A DNA stretch of 64,000 bases, taken from assembly GCF_000021805.1 (NCBI RefSeq), contig NC_011726.1, forward strand, positions 2,510,097 to 2,574,096, written 5' to 3'. Numbering within the stretch: position 1 is the first letter of the stretch; every line of letters starts with the position of its first letter. Source of the DNA: Rippkaea orientalis PCC 8801. Lineage in GTDB: Bacteria; Cyanobacteriota; Cyanobacteriia; Cyanobacteriales; Microcystaceae. The translations under genes were made by a program, and so were the position numbers. The notes under the pieces were generated by a model. It was not told the DNA's origin and did not search any database. It saw only the letters and a program-made list of their open reading frames with translations. Positions 1 through 9,386 of the stretch are shown here, one piece after another.

Positions 1-323
1 ATACCGACACTAATACCTTGACTGTAAGCTTTTAATAGAGGAATCCTTTGGAAGATCGCCGTTAATCGTTCAGCTAGGGTTGCTCCGGCTATTGCACCAC
101 TGAGAATCCCAATCAGGGTAATCCCAATTTGTACGGTAGAGAGGAAGTTATTCGGGGCATTGATGAGATTTAGTACCGTTCTTGCCTGACGATTGCCTCG
201 ACTAGCCAGTTGTTCTAAACGGACTTTACGAGAGGAGACGATAGCCATCTCTGAACCAGAAAAGATCCCATTGGCGATAATCAGCAGAAGAATAAAAATA
301 ATTTCGGTGGCGATCGCAGACAT
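1..323 (-). CDS. Hemolysin/CNNM-family (DUF21-CBS-CorC type) membrane protein, N-terminal part; the C-terminus lies beyond the window start
   Basis: Reverse-strand ATG at 323-321. Translation MSAIATEIIFILLLIIANGIFSGSEMAIVSSRKVRLEQLASRGNRQ... has no stop codon before the window edge. This is a typical DUF21 N-terminus. The ORF is absent from the ORF track because it is truncated. Confidence 0.6.
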   Translation of the reverse strand, partial: MSAIATEIIFILLLIIANGIFSGSEMAIVSSRKVRLEQLASRGNRQARTVLNLINAPNNFLSTVQIGITLIGILSGAIAGATLAERLTAIFQRIPLLKAYSQGISVG

Positions 324-1584
324 TCTTGCTTTGTCAGAATTAACAATAATAGGCCTTATGCTAACTTGAACAGAAATATTTCGGGAAGTCCCCACCTAAA
401 ACTCTGATTTAGATGGGGCTTCCTGAAAAGTTCGGGTCTACAAGACTTATTATGCTAAATTCTTCTTTTAGTTCCTGCATAACTTGAAGGGATGTTCAGT
501 TAGGCTTATTTGATTTGGATGGTTTCTGTTGTTGCAACAGGAGAGTTGGAAAGGGTTTGAGTGGGATTAGTCAAAGTTTGTACTGCTCCGACAAAAAGAC
601 GTACCCAAACAGTAACGGTAGCAACAATAATTAACAGTCTGAGAGATTGATAATTCATAACAATACCCAACTCCCTGAAGAATAATCAACTTATCTCTAT
701 TCAAACAAGGAGTAAGCGTTTCTACCCTCACCACAATAGATGAAGATGCTTTCATCCCTTTGGGTGAAGGCTCGTTGTATAAATTAGGTCAGAAGAAAAT
801 CGATATTAGATCAATTTATAAGTTTTTTTTATATTACTTAGATTATTATTATTTATCATCCTCTCTCTTGTCATCTTGAATTTCAAATTTTATAATGAAA
901 GTAGCAAAACGATTGCTAAATTGCTCTTGGTTAAAAACCAATTGTATTAACCAAGTAGAATCAAGTTTTGCAACCACAAAGAAATGCTATTATTTTCAAA
1001 AAGTTATCGATGATAGCCATACTAGCTATTGGTAAGACTGACTTGATTTTGTCTTATTATAACTTGTTGTGCCTTGTTTGTTATCAATAAACGGGTACTG
1101 ATAACTTTTGACTAATCGATCCTATTGATCAAGATAATAGCGGCAAAAACCTGGTTTTTCAAAGCGATAAGTTTTTGAAGTGAGGCATAAATCCTCATAA
1201 GAAAAAGAAATTCTGTACGGGCTTAATATTATTAAGCCCCTACTAACTTGGTGATTTCTGACTTCATTAATTTCGTTTCACTCCTAGACACTCACTTTAA
1301 CCAAAATGATCATCACTCACTTATTTCTAATTAAATTATCTCTTAAAAAGAGTTATCATTTCCTTTTGAATTATCTTAGTTATTTTTTTATTATCTCTCA
1401 TTATCTTCAGAGGTGATCCTCACTCTGTTGCTTAATCTATCGTGATCAATCCTAGGGGCGATCGCTTATCTGCTTCCCTAACTTACAGATTATATCATGA
1501 GACACAAAAGATACCTTAAATTCAGGACAAATTTGAAGGACTGCTATACAATATATTATCGAACAAAAAAAAAGGAATCATATT

Positions 1585-3711
1585 TTGTTAGCAGCCCTTC
1601 ATCTGTTACCTTACCCCAAGCCATTAAATCGGTTTATTAGCTTAGTCTTGAGTAGCCTGATTGTTATCATTTTATTGACTTTTACCATGTCGAGTGTTGG
1701 TGCCAATCAAACCGAAATTTTATGGGATACTTGGGGCGTTCCTCATCTTTATGCTCAGGATACAAAAAGTTTATTTAAAGCCTTTGGATGGGCACAAACT
1801 AAGAGTCATGGTAATTTAATTTTAAAACTCTATGGTCAAGCTAGGGGGAAAGCTGCTGAATACTGGGGCATTAATTATTTAGAATCCGATCAATATGTTA
1901 AAACAATGGGTATTCCTGCTAGGGCGCAAGAATGGTATCAACAACAAAGTCCCGAAATGCGGGAATATTTAGATTATTTTGCCACAGGAATTAATGATTA
2001 TGTCGCTCAACATCCCGATGAAATTGACGACTCAGTTAAATTAGTTTTACCGATTACTCCTACTGATATTTTAGCCCATCTACAAAGGGTAATTCACTTC
2101 CATTTTGTCACCAATCCTCAATCCGTTTCTTCCTTACAAACTATAGCCCCCCAAGGGGGATCAAACGGGTGGGTCATTGCCCCGGAAAAATCGGCTAGTA
2201 ATCACTCTATTTTATTAGCCAATCCCCATTTACCTTGGTCAGATTTTTATCTCTGGTATGAAGCCCACTTAAACGCTCCTGGGGTTAATAGTTATGGTGC
2301 AGCTTTAGTAGGAATGCCTGTCTTAGCCATTGCTTTTAATGATCACTTAGGTTGGACTGTTACCCTTAATCCAATTGATGGCGCAGATATGTATCAACTA
2401 ACCCTAAAAGATCAAGGATATCTTTGGGATGGAGAGGTCAAAAACTTTGAAACAAAAACTGAAACGGTCAAAATTCGTCAAGCAAATGGGAGTTATACAG
2501 AACTACAATTCGGGGTTAAACGCTCCATTCATGGGATAATTATTGCCCAAGAAAAAAACAAAGCTTTTGCCTTAAGAGTCGTCGGTTTAGATCATCCCCA
2601 CGGATTAAAACAATTGTGGGAAATGGCAAAATCTACTAACTTAGAACAATTTGAAAAGGGGTTAAAACAGTTACAAATTCCTTTGTTTAATTTTCTTTAT
2701 GCTGACCAAAAAGGACAGATTTTTTATCTATTTAATGGCTTGATTCCTAAACGCCCTCAAGGAAACTGGAATGACTGGCAAAAAATTATCCCTGGAGATA
2801 CCTCAAAAACCCTTTGGACTGAGTATCATAACTATGAAACGTTACCTCGTTTAGTTAATCCGAAAACGGGATGGTTACAAAATACCAATGATCCCCCCTG
2901 GACGAGTACTTATCCCCCCATTCTAGAAGCCAAAGATTATCCCCCTTATCTCGCCCCACCCTCCTTAAGCTATGCACCCAATATTTTGCGATCGCAGCGT
3001 TCTATTACCCTCCTAAAAGATTCAAAAAAACTCAGTTTTGAAGACGTAATTAATCATAAATTCTCGTCTAGATTATTAATGGCTGATCGTCTTTTAGAGA
3101 TTCTTATTCCCACAGCCAAAGCATTAGCTAACCCTATTGGCATAGAAGCAGTTAAAGTCCTAGAAAAATGGGATCGACAAACCAATATAGACAGTCGTGG
3201 AGCAGTACTTTTTACTCTTTGGGCGTTAACCTTAGAATCAAAGGGCATTTTTTCCCGTCCTTGGAACCCCGAAAACCCCTTAGAAACCCCCGCCGGGTTA
3301 GCCGATATTAATACAGCTTTAGCGGTTTTAGAAGGGGTAGCAGCGCAAGTTGAACTACTTTATGGTTCGTTAGATATCCCTTGGGGAGAAGTGGTTAAAA
3401 TGCGCTTTGGGGATAAGAGTATTCCAGCGAGTGGGGGACCTGGAAAATTAGGAAGTTTTCGCGTTTTAAATATTCAAGCAACGGCAGATGAAAAGTTTCA
3501 AGTTGTCTTTGGAGATAGTTTTATTGCTGTTGTCGAATTTTCTGATCCAATTCGGGCTAACGTATTAAATGTGTATGGTAATTCTAATCAGCCTAATTCA
3601 CCCCATCGGGGCGATCAATTATCCTTATATGCTGAGGGAAAAATGCGTCCAGTTTGGCGAAGTAAAGAAGAGGTTAAGAATCATTTAATTTTGGAGGAAT
3701 TGATTAGATAA
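1585..3711 (+). CDS. Penicillin-amidase-family Ntn hydrolase, an acyl-homoserine-lactone acylase-like protein of the PvdQ/AiiC/QuiP type
   Basis: 708-aa ORF. The N-terminus is hydrophobic and signal-like. The TTG at 1585 is the track start; ATG 1687 is an alternative start. The beta-subunit nucleophile motif GGSNGWVIAPEKSASNHSILLANPHLPW matches the SN...LLANPHxPW signature of AHL acylases. Confidence 0.85.
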   Translation: MLAALHLLPYPKPLNRFISLVLSSLIVIILLTFTMSSVGANQTEILWDTWGVPHLYAQDTKSLFKAFGWAQTKSHGNLILKLYGQARGKAAEYWGINYLESDQYVKTMGIPARAQEWYQQQSPEMREYLDYFATGINDYVAQHPDEIDDSVKLVLPITPTDILAHLQRVIHFHFVTNPQSVSSLQTIAPQGGSNGWVIAPEKSASNHSILLANPHLPWSDFYLWYEAHLNAPGVNSYGAALVGMPVLAIAFNDHLGWTVTLNPIDGADMYQLTLKDQGYLWDGEVKNFETKTETVKIRQANGSYTELQFGVKRSIHGIIIAQEKNKAFALRVVGLDHPHGLKQLWEMAKSTNLEQFEKGLKQLQIPLFNFLYADQKGQIFYLFNGLIPKRPQGNWNDWQKIIPGDTSKTLWTEYHNYETLPRLVNPKTGWLQNTNDPPWTSTYPPILEAKDYPPYLAPPSLSYAPNILRSQRSITLLKDSKKLSFEDVINHKFSSRLLMADRLLEILIPTAKALANPIGIEAVKVLEKWDRQTNIDSRGAVLFTLWALTLESKGIFSRPWNPENPLETPAGLADINTALAVLEGVAAQVELLYGSLDIPWGEVVKMRFGDKSIPASGGPGKLGSFRVLNIQATADEKFQVVFGDSFIAVVEFSDPIRANVLNVYGNSNQPNSPHRGDQLSLYAEGKMRPVWRSKEEVKNHLILEELIR

Positions 3712-3884
3712 GCAACAATTATATTAATTCTCAAAATTGTATCAAAACGCTGCAACCTTTCTGCTGCCTATTCTCCAGTTTTCCTCGCTTATATCTCTTA
3801 AGATTCGTAACAATCGTGAACTACAGTCCAAGTTTGCACGGTATGATGGTTAAAAATTTTTAGGTAGCGGAGTCCTAGCTGGCT

Positions 3885-4898
3885 ATGAAACGCCTAGTTG
3901 TTTGCTGTGACGGCACTTGGCAAGACCTCGAAAGTTCCTATCCTAGCAATGTGGTAAAATTAACTGAAGCGATCAAACCGATTGCTAGTGATGGAACACC
4001 ACAAATTGTCTTTTACGATGCGGGTATTGGAACAGAAAGTCAAAAGATTTCAGGAGGGGCTGCCGGAGTAGGCATCGACAGAAATATTCAAGATGGCTAT
4101 CGTTTCCTATGTCTGAACTACGTTGAAGGCGATGAAATCTATCTGTTTGGCTTTAGTCGTGGTGCCTATACCGTTAGGAGTTTAGCGGGAATGATCCACT
4201 GTTCAGGACTGCTCAAACGTTCCTACATAACCGATGCAGCAGAAGCCTACGAACTGTACCGAAACCGAGATATTAAACCCTCCGATCCCGAAGCGGTTAA
4301 GTACCGTAAAGTTCACGGTGATCGCGTCCCGATTACCCTGGTGGGGTGTTTTGATACGGTTGGAGCTTTAGGCCTCCCAGTCGTGCCACTGTTTCGGATG
4401 TTTAAGCCTTGGGTACACCGTCGCTATCAATTCTATGATACCACATTAAATCCAGATGTGCAGAATGCCCTGCACGCTGTGGCGATCGATGAGATTCGCG
4501 AAGTGTTTGATGTCACCCCCATGACTCCAAACCCCAAAGCTGAGAATCAACGGTTAATTCAAAAGTGGTTTCCAGGGGATCATGGGTGCGTTGGGGGAGG
4601 AACAGAAGCCTATCGCGGGCTGTCGGACGCGGCTTTAACATGGATGATTGATTCGATTGGTGACTTAGGATTAGGACTAGACTTTGATCTTAGTGCCATT
4701 CGCACGGGAATTAAGCTCGATTGTGAGTGTAACTTTAGCAATAAACCAGGGTTCTATCGATTAGCCGGAATCAAACTGCGTGAAGTAGGAGAAGCCCTTG
4801 AAGATCTTCATGACACAACCATTGAACGGTTGAAAAATCGTCCCGACTATCGACCCCCCAATCTAGAGAAAGTCATCCCCAAAATCGTGCAAAAGTAA
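3885..4898 (+). CDS. DUF2235 alpha/beta-hydrolase protein (Tle1 phospholipase-like fold)
   Basis: Hallmark N-terminal CCDGTW motif and the nucleophile-elbow-like GFSRGA motif. 337 aa. Confidence 0.8.
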   Translation: MKRLVVCCDGTWQDLESSYPSNVVKLTEAIKPIASDGTPQIVFYDAGIGTESQKISGGAAGVGIDRNIQDGYRFLCLNYVEGDEIYLFGFSRGAYTVRSLAGMIHCSGLLKRSYITDAAEAYELYRNRDIKPSDPEAVKYRKVHGDRVPITLVGCFDTVGALGLPVVPLFRMFKPWVHRRYQFYDTTLNPDVQNALHAVAIDEIREVFDVTPMTPNPKAENQRLIQKWFPGDHGCVGGGTEAYRGLSDAALTWMIDSIGDLGLGLDFDLSAIRTGIKLDCECNFSNKPGFYRLAGIKLREVGEALEDLHDTTIERLKNRPDYRPPNLEKVIPKIVQK

Positions 4899-4933
4899 GG
4901 TTTCTTAGTCCACGCTTTCTTCAAAAAAAGGAA

Positions 4934-6673
4934 TTGACTCCAATGTTCAAAGGCCTAAAAATAGCCTTACAGGCTGACACGGGCAGATGGTTTACTCGTT
5001 GTAATAACTGTCAACAAACCATAGGCAACAATCCTGATACCGTCACTGTTCATGTTGAAGGTTCTGTCTCGGAGCATCCCTACGCCCAATTTGAAGTCGT
5101 TGACGTAGGGAATGGGAAAATTGCTCTCAAAGCAGACACAGGGAAGTATGTAGGACGGTGTAATGGTTGCATCGTTGGGGGAGCCTATCCCGACTTTTTA
5201 ACCATTCATGTTGATGATCCTTCGATGCCATGGGCACAATTTACCCCCGAACGCTTAGCCAATGGCAAATATGCCTTTAAAGCCGATACGGGTAAGTATT
5301 TTGGTCGCTGTAACGGCTGTTCCCCCACCTCTGCCTATCCTGATACCGTCGCGGTTCACGTTGACAACCCTCATAATTCCCCGTGGGCTCAGTGGACAGT
5401 GAGTTATGTCCCGTTTTCCTATTTGGAGAGATACGACGCTATTCCGGCGGATAATGTTGCCGAAAAAGCGAAATTAGTCGGACGAGCCATGGCCACTGAC
5501 TCGCGTAACTTCTTTAAGGAATTACGCGCGAATCGTCCCATTTTTATCACCCCTAAATTCGTTCTGGTAACGTTATTTCCTGACGTACAAGAAGTTTTCT
5601 CCCGTCCCGAAGTGTTCTCCGTGAGATTGTATGCCCCGAAAATGGACCCCAATCATGGTCCGGCAATGCTCTCTAGAGATAATACAGTCTATAACTGGCG
5701 AGAAAAATCCATCATGAAAACCATGTTGGACTGGGAAGACTTACCAAGAATCAAACAAGCGGCCGGAGAAGTAGCCAAAGCTGCGTTAGATAAGTTTGCT
5801 CCCACCAAAAAAATCGAAACCGTCAATGAGTTGGCTAAATGGGTTTTAGTCAGGATGAGTGGGGATTATTATGGCTTTCCCGGTCCTGACCGAGAAACGA
5901 TGTATCGCTGGTCAAGTGCTACCCAAAGTGGGATGTTGAGAAATTTGGCCAATGATCCCCAAATCCATGAAGCCTCCGTGCAAGCCGGGAAAGAAATGCG
6001 GGATTATCTGACCCAACTGTTGCAACAGAAAAAAGCCAATAATACCCCATCTACTGCCCCTAAAGACATTTTCACCCGATTAGTTCAAGCAAATTTGACT
6101 AGCGACATTCCCTTTGACGAGAGCCGAATCCTCACCAATATGGCACTGTTGCTCATTTCTACCCTAGATACCACGGCTCAAGCGATTGTTCAGTCTCTAG
6201 AACAACTGTTGCGTCGTCCCGATATTCTGCCTAAAGCGGTAGCAGCAGCTAAGGCCAATGATGATGTAACCTTCGCTAAGTATGTTTGGGAAGCCTTGCG
6301 CTTTAACCCTGTCAGTCCCGCACTGCCTCGCTTTTGTGAGTCAGACTATACTGTGGCTGCTGGAACCTCCAGAGCGACCCGTATCCCTGCGAATAGCTTG
6401 GTTTTAGTCAGTCTCGGTTCGGCGATGATGGATGGCGCGATCGTTCAAAATCCTGAGCAATTTTCCATCGAACGGCCAAAACACAACTATATGCACTATG
6501 GTTATGGCGATCATACCTGTTTGGGTGAACATATTGGCAATGTGGTTGTTTCTGAAGTCATTAAACAAGTTTTACTTCGTCCAGGGGTAAGGTTGATTCC
6601 TGGGGATGAAGGAAAACTACAAGCTCAACCGAATGCCATTCTTAAAAGTTTTGTCATTGCCTATGACGGATAA
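4934..6673 (+). CDS. Fusion protein: N-terminal triple-repeat beta-trefoil (fascin-like) domain plus C-terminal cytochrome P450 domain
   Basis: Three repeats of about 48 aa (KADTGKY.GRCNGC...PDT..VHVD.P...WAQF). The C-terminal 410 aa carry P450 motifs: I-helix STLDTTAQ, K-helix EALR (ExxR), meander PEQFSIER, and heme loop YGYGDHTCLGEHIG (FGxGxHxCxG). Confidence 0.8.
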   Translation: MTPMFKGLKIALQADTGRWFTRCNNCQQTIGNNPDTVTVHVEGSVSEHPYAQFEVVDVGNGKIALKADTGKYVGRCNGCIVGGAYPDFLTIHVDDPSMPWAQFTPERLANGKYAFKADTGKYFGRCNGCSPTSAYPDTVAVHVDNPHNSPWAQWTVSYVPFSYLERYDAIPADNVAEKAKLVGRAMATDSRNFFKELRANRPIFITPKFVLVTLFPDVQEVFSRPEVFSVRLYAPKMDPNHGPAMLSRDNTVYNWREKSIMKTMLDWEDLPRIKQAAGEVAKAALDKFAPTKKIETVNELAKWVLVRMSGDYYGFPGPDRETMYRWSSATQSGMLRNLANDPQIHEASVQAGKEMRDYLTQLLQQKKANNTPSTAPKDIFTRLVQANLTSDIPFDESRILTNMALLLISTLDTTAQAIVQSLEQLLRRPDILPKAVAAAKANDDVTFAKYVWEALRFNPVSPALPRFCESDYTVAAGTSRATRIPANSLVLVSLGSAMMDGAIVQNPEQFSIERPKHNYMHYGYGDHTCLGEHIGNVVVSEVIKQVLLRPGVRLIPGDEGKLQAQPNAILKSFVIAYDG

Positions 6674-6848
6674 ATGAAGTCACAAAGGGTAGGGGTTTAA
6701 TATTATTGAACTCCTACGACTGCTGACGCTTACTCATGCGTAGCAAACCTAAACGCGATTTCTTATTAGATTTTAGGGTTGAATTTTTTAACCCTTGTCT
6801 AAACAATCAGTCAAAGTATCAAGATCAATTCAGGAGGATTGATTCATT

Positions 6849-8855
6849 ATGTCTACCAAAACAAAGACAATTTTCGATGAAATAAAAGCTGCTTTGGTAT
6901 TGAAAGTCATCGATAGCCCTTTGGGACGGAAATTAATCGAAGAAAAAGCGGAGAAACAAGTCTCTAAAACCCAAGAGGCTATCACCAAACCCATCGAACA
7001 GTTGAATAAAGCAACGGGTCAATTACTCTTTAGTGATACCAATAAGCCTTTACATAACATCGAATTAGAGGTGTGGGACAGAGATGTCGGGACACCAAGT
7101 GATTATTTAGGGAAGGGAGTAACGGATCAAAATGGTCGCTTTGAAATTTACTACGATCCTGAAAAAGCCGGGTTTAAAGATGCGCCGGATTTAGAATTAA
7201 GGGTCATCGATAATCGTGTTACCTTTGATAGCGACAATCAACCTGTTTATACTAATCGCATCGCCTATATTATCAAAGGTGGGGACAATGTAACCCAAAA
7301 AACCTATGATTTCGGGACGTTAACGGTTCCTTACTGGCCTTACGATCCTAACAGTCCCTTTGCGCGGATCTTCATGCCAAATCCTGAAGAAACCCCCGAT
7401 GATTACTCCGTAGGACGCAAATTTCAAGCCTATGCCTCGGCTAATGTTCTCACCCCCATTAAAGCCAAGCATACTATCGCTAATACCCTAAACCCGAAAG
7501 AACCTAGTTTGACCCAAATTCAAGCAGATTATCCCCCCAATTTAACCATCAATTTAGATCGGGAAAAACCCGGATATACCCGCAGTGATGAGTATTTTGT
7601 TTTGCGGGTTCTCAATGGCATGAATCCTTGTTTGCTCAAACGCAGTAAAAGCGATCCCAATCAGTTTAAGATGAGTTTTATTTGGGATAACTACGAAAAA
7701 GATACGGAACACGATCTTCATAATGTAGAGGCCTATTTTGTCTTAAAAGATGGCAAACTTTTCCCGACAATGATCACCATTCAAAGTCGCTATCCAGATT
7801 CTTTGGCTCCCCATTCTCCTCTGAAAGATCGGGAAGTGTATACTCCCAATGATGGGGAAAAATGGTTACAAGCTAAACGGATTTTCCGGACGGCTGCTTT
7901 ATTTGACGGAGAAGCGATCGAGCATTATGCTAAGGCTCATGTGCAGATGGAACAGTATGCGGTAGCTTGTTTCCGTAATCTACGCAAAAACCCCATCCGT
8001 TTGATGTTAACTCCCCATTTAAAGAGCATTATTAATATTAATCGCCGTGGGGATGATTTACTGGTAGAACCGAACCTTGGCTTATTTGTGACTAACGGTC
8101 CGTTAACCTATCCAGGGTTCTTGCAAATGTGTACGGAAGTAGTGGCAACCTACGACTGGAAAGACTGGCAACCCCGTCAACCTATCTGCGACGATCATAA
8201 GTACGCTAAGGCAGCGAATCTCTACTGGCAGATTTTAACCGAATATGTTGACGCATTTTTTGCGAAGCATCAACAAGCGATCGCGGATGAATGGGTAGAA
8301 ATTCGCCGTTTTTCTGAGGATTTAGTCGAACATAGTATGCCCTATCAACCCATTGAGGGCATTATGGCGAATACCGATAGTGATTACGAATGGTATGATA
8401 CAGGGGAATTGGATAAGCCTGATCTTCCCAGAGCGACGTTTAATGGCAAGACTAAGGTAATTCGACCGATTACTAACTCTAATCAACCAAGTGCCACGGA
8501 TATCGACAATTTAAAACAATGTTGCCGTCATATCATCTTCCATACGACTTTGTGGCACACTTGGGTTAACGATTCTCAGTCCGATGAGGGGGGAGAATTG
8601 GCTTATAATTCCCTAGCGTTACGCAATGGTAGTTTTGGTAGTGAAACTGATCCTAACATCGCCCCTGATCCCATAGAAGCAACCAATCAGGTTTATATCT
8701 TCAGTGTCTTAAATGGCATTAAGTACGGCTTATTGGTGAAAAATGAGGATGATGATGTGCCTGAAGAGTTAAGAACGGCTTTGCTCAATCGCAAGGATCA
8801 ATTTGCTGAATTAGGCATCGATATTGGCAATATTCGCACTTTAATTAATATTTAG
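6849..8855 (+). CDS. Iron lipoxygenase (prokaryotic LOX without a PLAT domain)
   Basis: 668 aa. Contains HYAKAH (His-x4-His) and HTWVND (His-x3-Asn) iron-ligand motifs with LOX spacing. The protein ends in a C-terminal Ile (..TLINI), the expected fifth iron ligand. Confidence 0.85.
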   Translation: MSTKTKTIFDEIKAALVLKVIDSPLGRKLIEEKAEKQVSKTQEAITKPIEQLNKATGQLLFSDTNKPLHNIELEVWDRDVGTPSDYLGKGVTDQNGRFEIYYDPEKAGFKDAPDLELRVIDNRVTFDSDNQPVYTNRIAYIIKGGDNVTQKTYDFGTLTVPYWPYDPNSPFARIFMPNPEETPDDYSVGRKFQAYASANVLTPIKAKHTIANTLNPKEPSLTQIQADYPPNLTINLDREKPGYTRSDEYFVLRVLNGMNPCLLKRSKSDPNQFKMSFIWDNYEKDTEHDLHNVEAYFVLKDGKLFPTMITIQSRYPDSLAPHSPLKDREVYTPNDGEKWLQAKRIFRTAALFDGEAIEHYAKAHVQMEQYAVACFRNLRKNPIRLMLTPHLKSIININRRGDDLLVEPNLGLFVTNGPLTYPGFLQMCTEVVATYDWKDWQPRQPICDDHKYAKAANLYWQILTEYVDAFFAKHQQAIADEWVEIRRFSEDLVEHSMPYQPIEGIMANTDSDYEWYDTGELDKPDLPRATFNGKTKVIRPITNSNQPSATDIDNLKQCCRHIIFHTTLWHTWVNDSQSDEGGELAYNSLALRNGSFGSETDPNIAPDPIEATNQVYIFSVLNGIKYGLLVKNEDDDVPEELRTALLNRKDQFAELGIDIGNIRTLINI

Positions 8856-8865
8856 TGCATCAGTG

Positions 8866-8890
8866 GGGTGGGGCGTTCCCACCCTATTTT
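8866..8890 (+). terminator. Rho-independent terminator candidate after the lipoxygenase gene
   Basis: Stem gggtggg/cccaccc (7 bp) with loop gcgtt, followed by tatttt. Confidence 0.5.
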
Positions 8891-8950
8891 AATATCTCAC
8901 ACAACTAATTTTGCGTGATACTGGTTAGCTAGATAGAAAATTTCGATAAT

Positions 8951-9217
8951 ATGGAGATAGAATGGAACAACGATAAAGCTGCCTCAAATGTGATCAAACA
9001 TAACATTGATTTTGAGGATGCGAAAAACATTTTTTTAGCTCCAAACCGCCTTGAAAGAGAAGATAAACGTAATTATAATGAAACTAGAATACAAGTTATT
9101 GGTATAGTGAATCAAGTAGTTTTATTTGTTGTCTATCCCAAAAGAGAAAACAGATATCGTATTATTTCAGCACGAAGAGCCAATAAAAATGAACGACAAC
9201 AATATTACCAGAGTTAA
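8951..9217 (+). CDS. brnT: BrnT-family (DUF497) toxin
   Basis: 88 aa. Motifs EWNNDKAASNVIKHNIDFEDA... and VVYPKRENRYRIISARRANKNER match the BrnT consensus. Confidence 0.7.
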   Translation: MEIEWNNDKAASNVIKHNIDFEDAKNIFLAPNRLEREDKRNYNETRIQVIGIVNQVVLFVVYPKRENRYRIISARRANKNERQQYYQS

Positions 9218-9380
9218 ACTCGATCCTAAAAATCCTACTCAGGGTAAGACAAATTGGGTTAAAGTTAAAGCAATGACTGAAGAAGAAATTGAACAAGCAG
9301 CCAAAAACGATTCAGATTGTTTACCCTTGTCTCAAAAAGAATTAAATGAATTTCGCCGTATAATGGAGAAGTCAGATTAG
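9189..9380 (+). CDS. brnA: BrnA-type antitoxin (BrnA_antitoxin/DUF4415-like)
   Basis: ATG 9189 overlaps the end of brnT. Sequence ..TNWVKVKAMTEEEIEQAAKNDSDCLPLSQKELNEFRR matches the BrnA antitoxin family. The track ORF 9126 is an upstream extension in the same frame. Confidence 0.65.
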   Translation: MNDNNITRVKLDPKNPTQGKTNWVKVKAMTEEEIEQAAKNDSDCLPLSQKELNEFRRIMEKSD

Positions 9381-9386
9381 TCAGAG

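Noticed and set aside
567-755. 62-aa minus-strand ORF in the AT-rich leader
   Set aside because: Low-complexity and Cys-rich with an odd composition. No ribosome-binding site and no recognisable family. It lies in a region better explained as regulatory DNA.
3054-3248. Antisense ORFs inside long genes (3054, 5419, 12698, 18137, 19670, 21588, 27273, 30088, 32275, 37425-38957, 42481-43998, 58269-58587, 62745)
   Set aside because: Shadow ORFs on the opposite strand of well-supported genes. They have no independent motif support.
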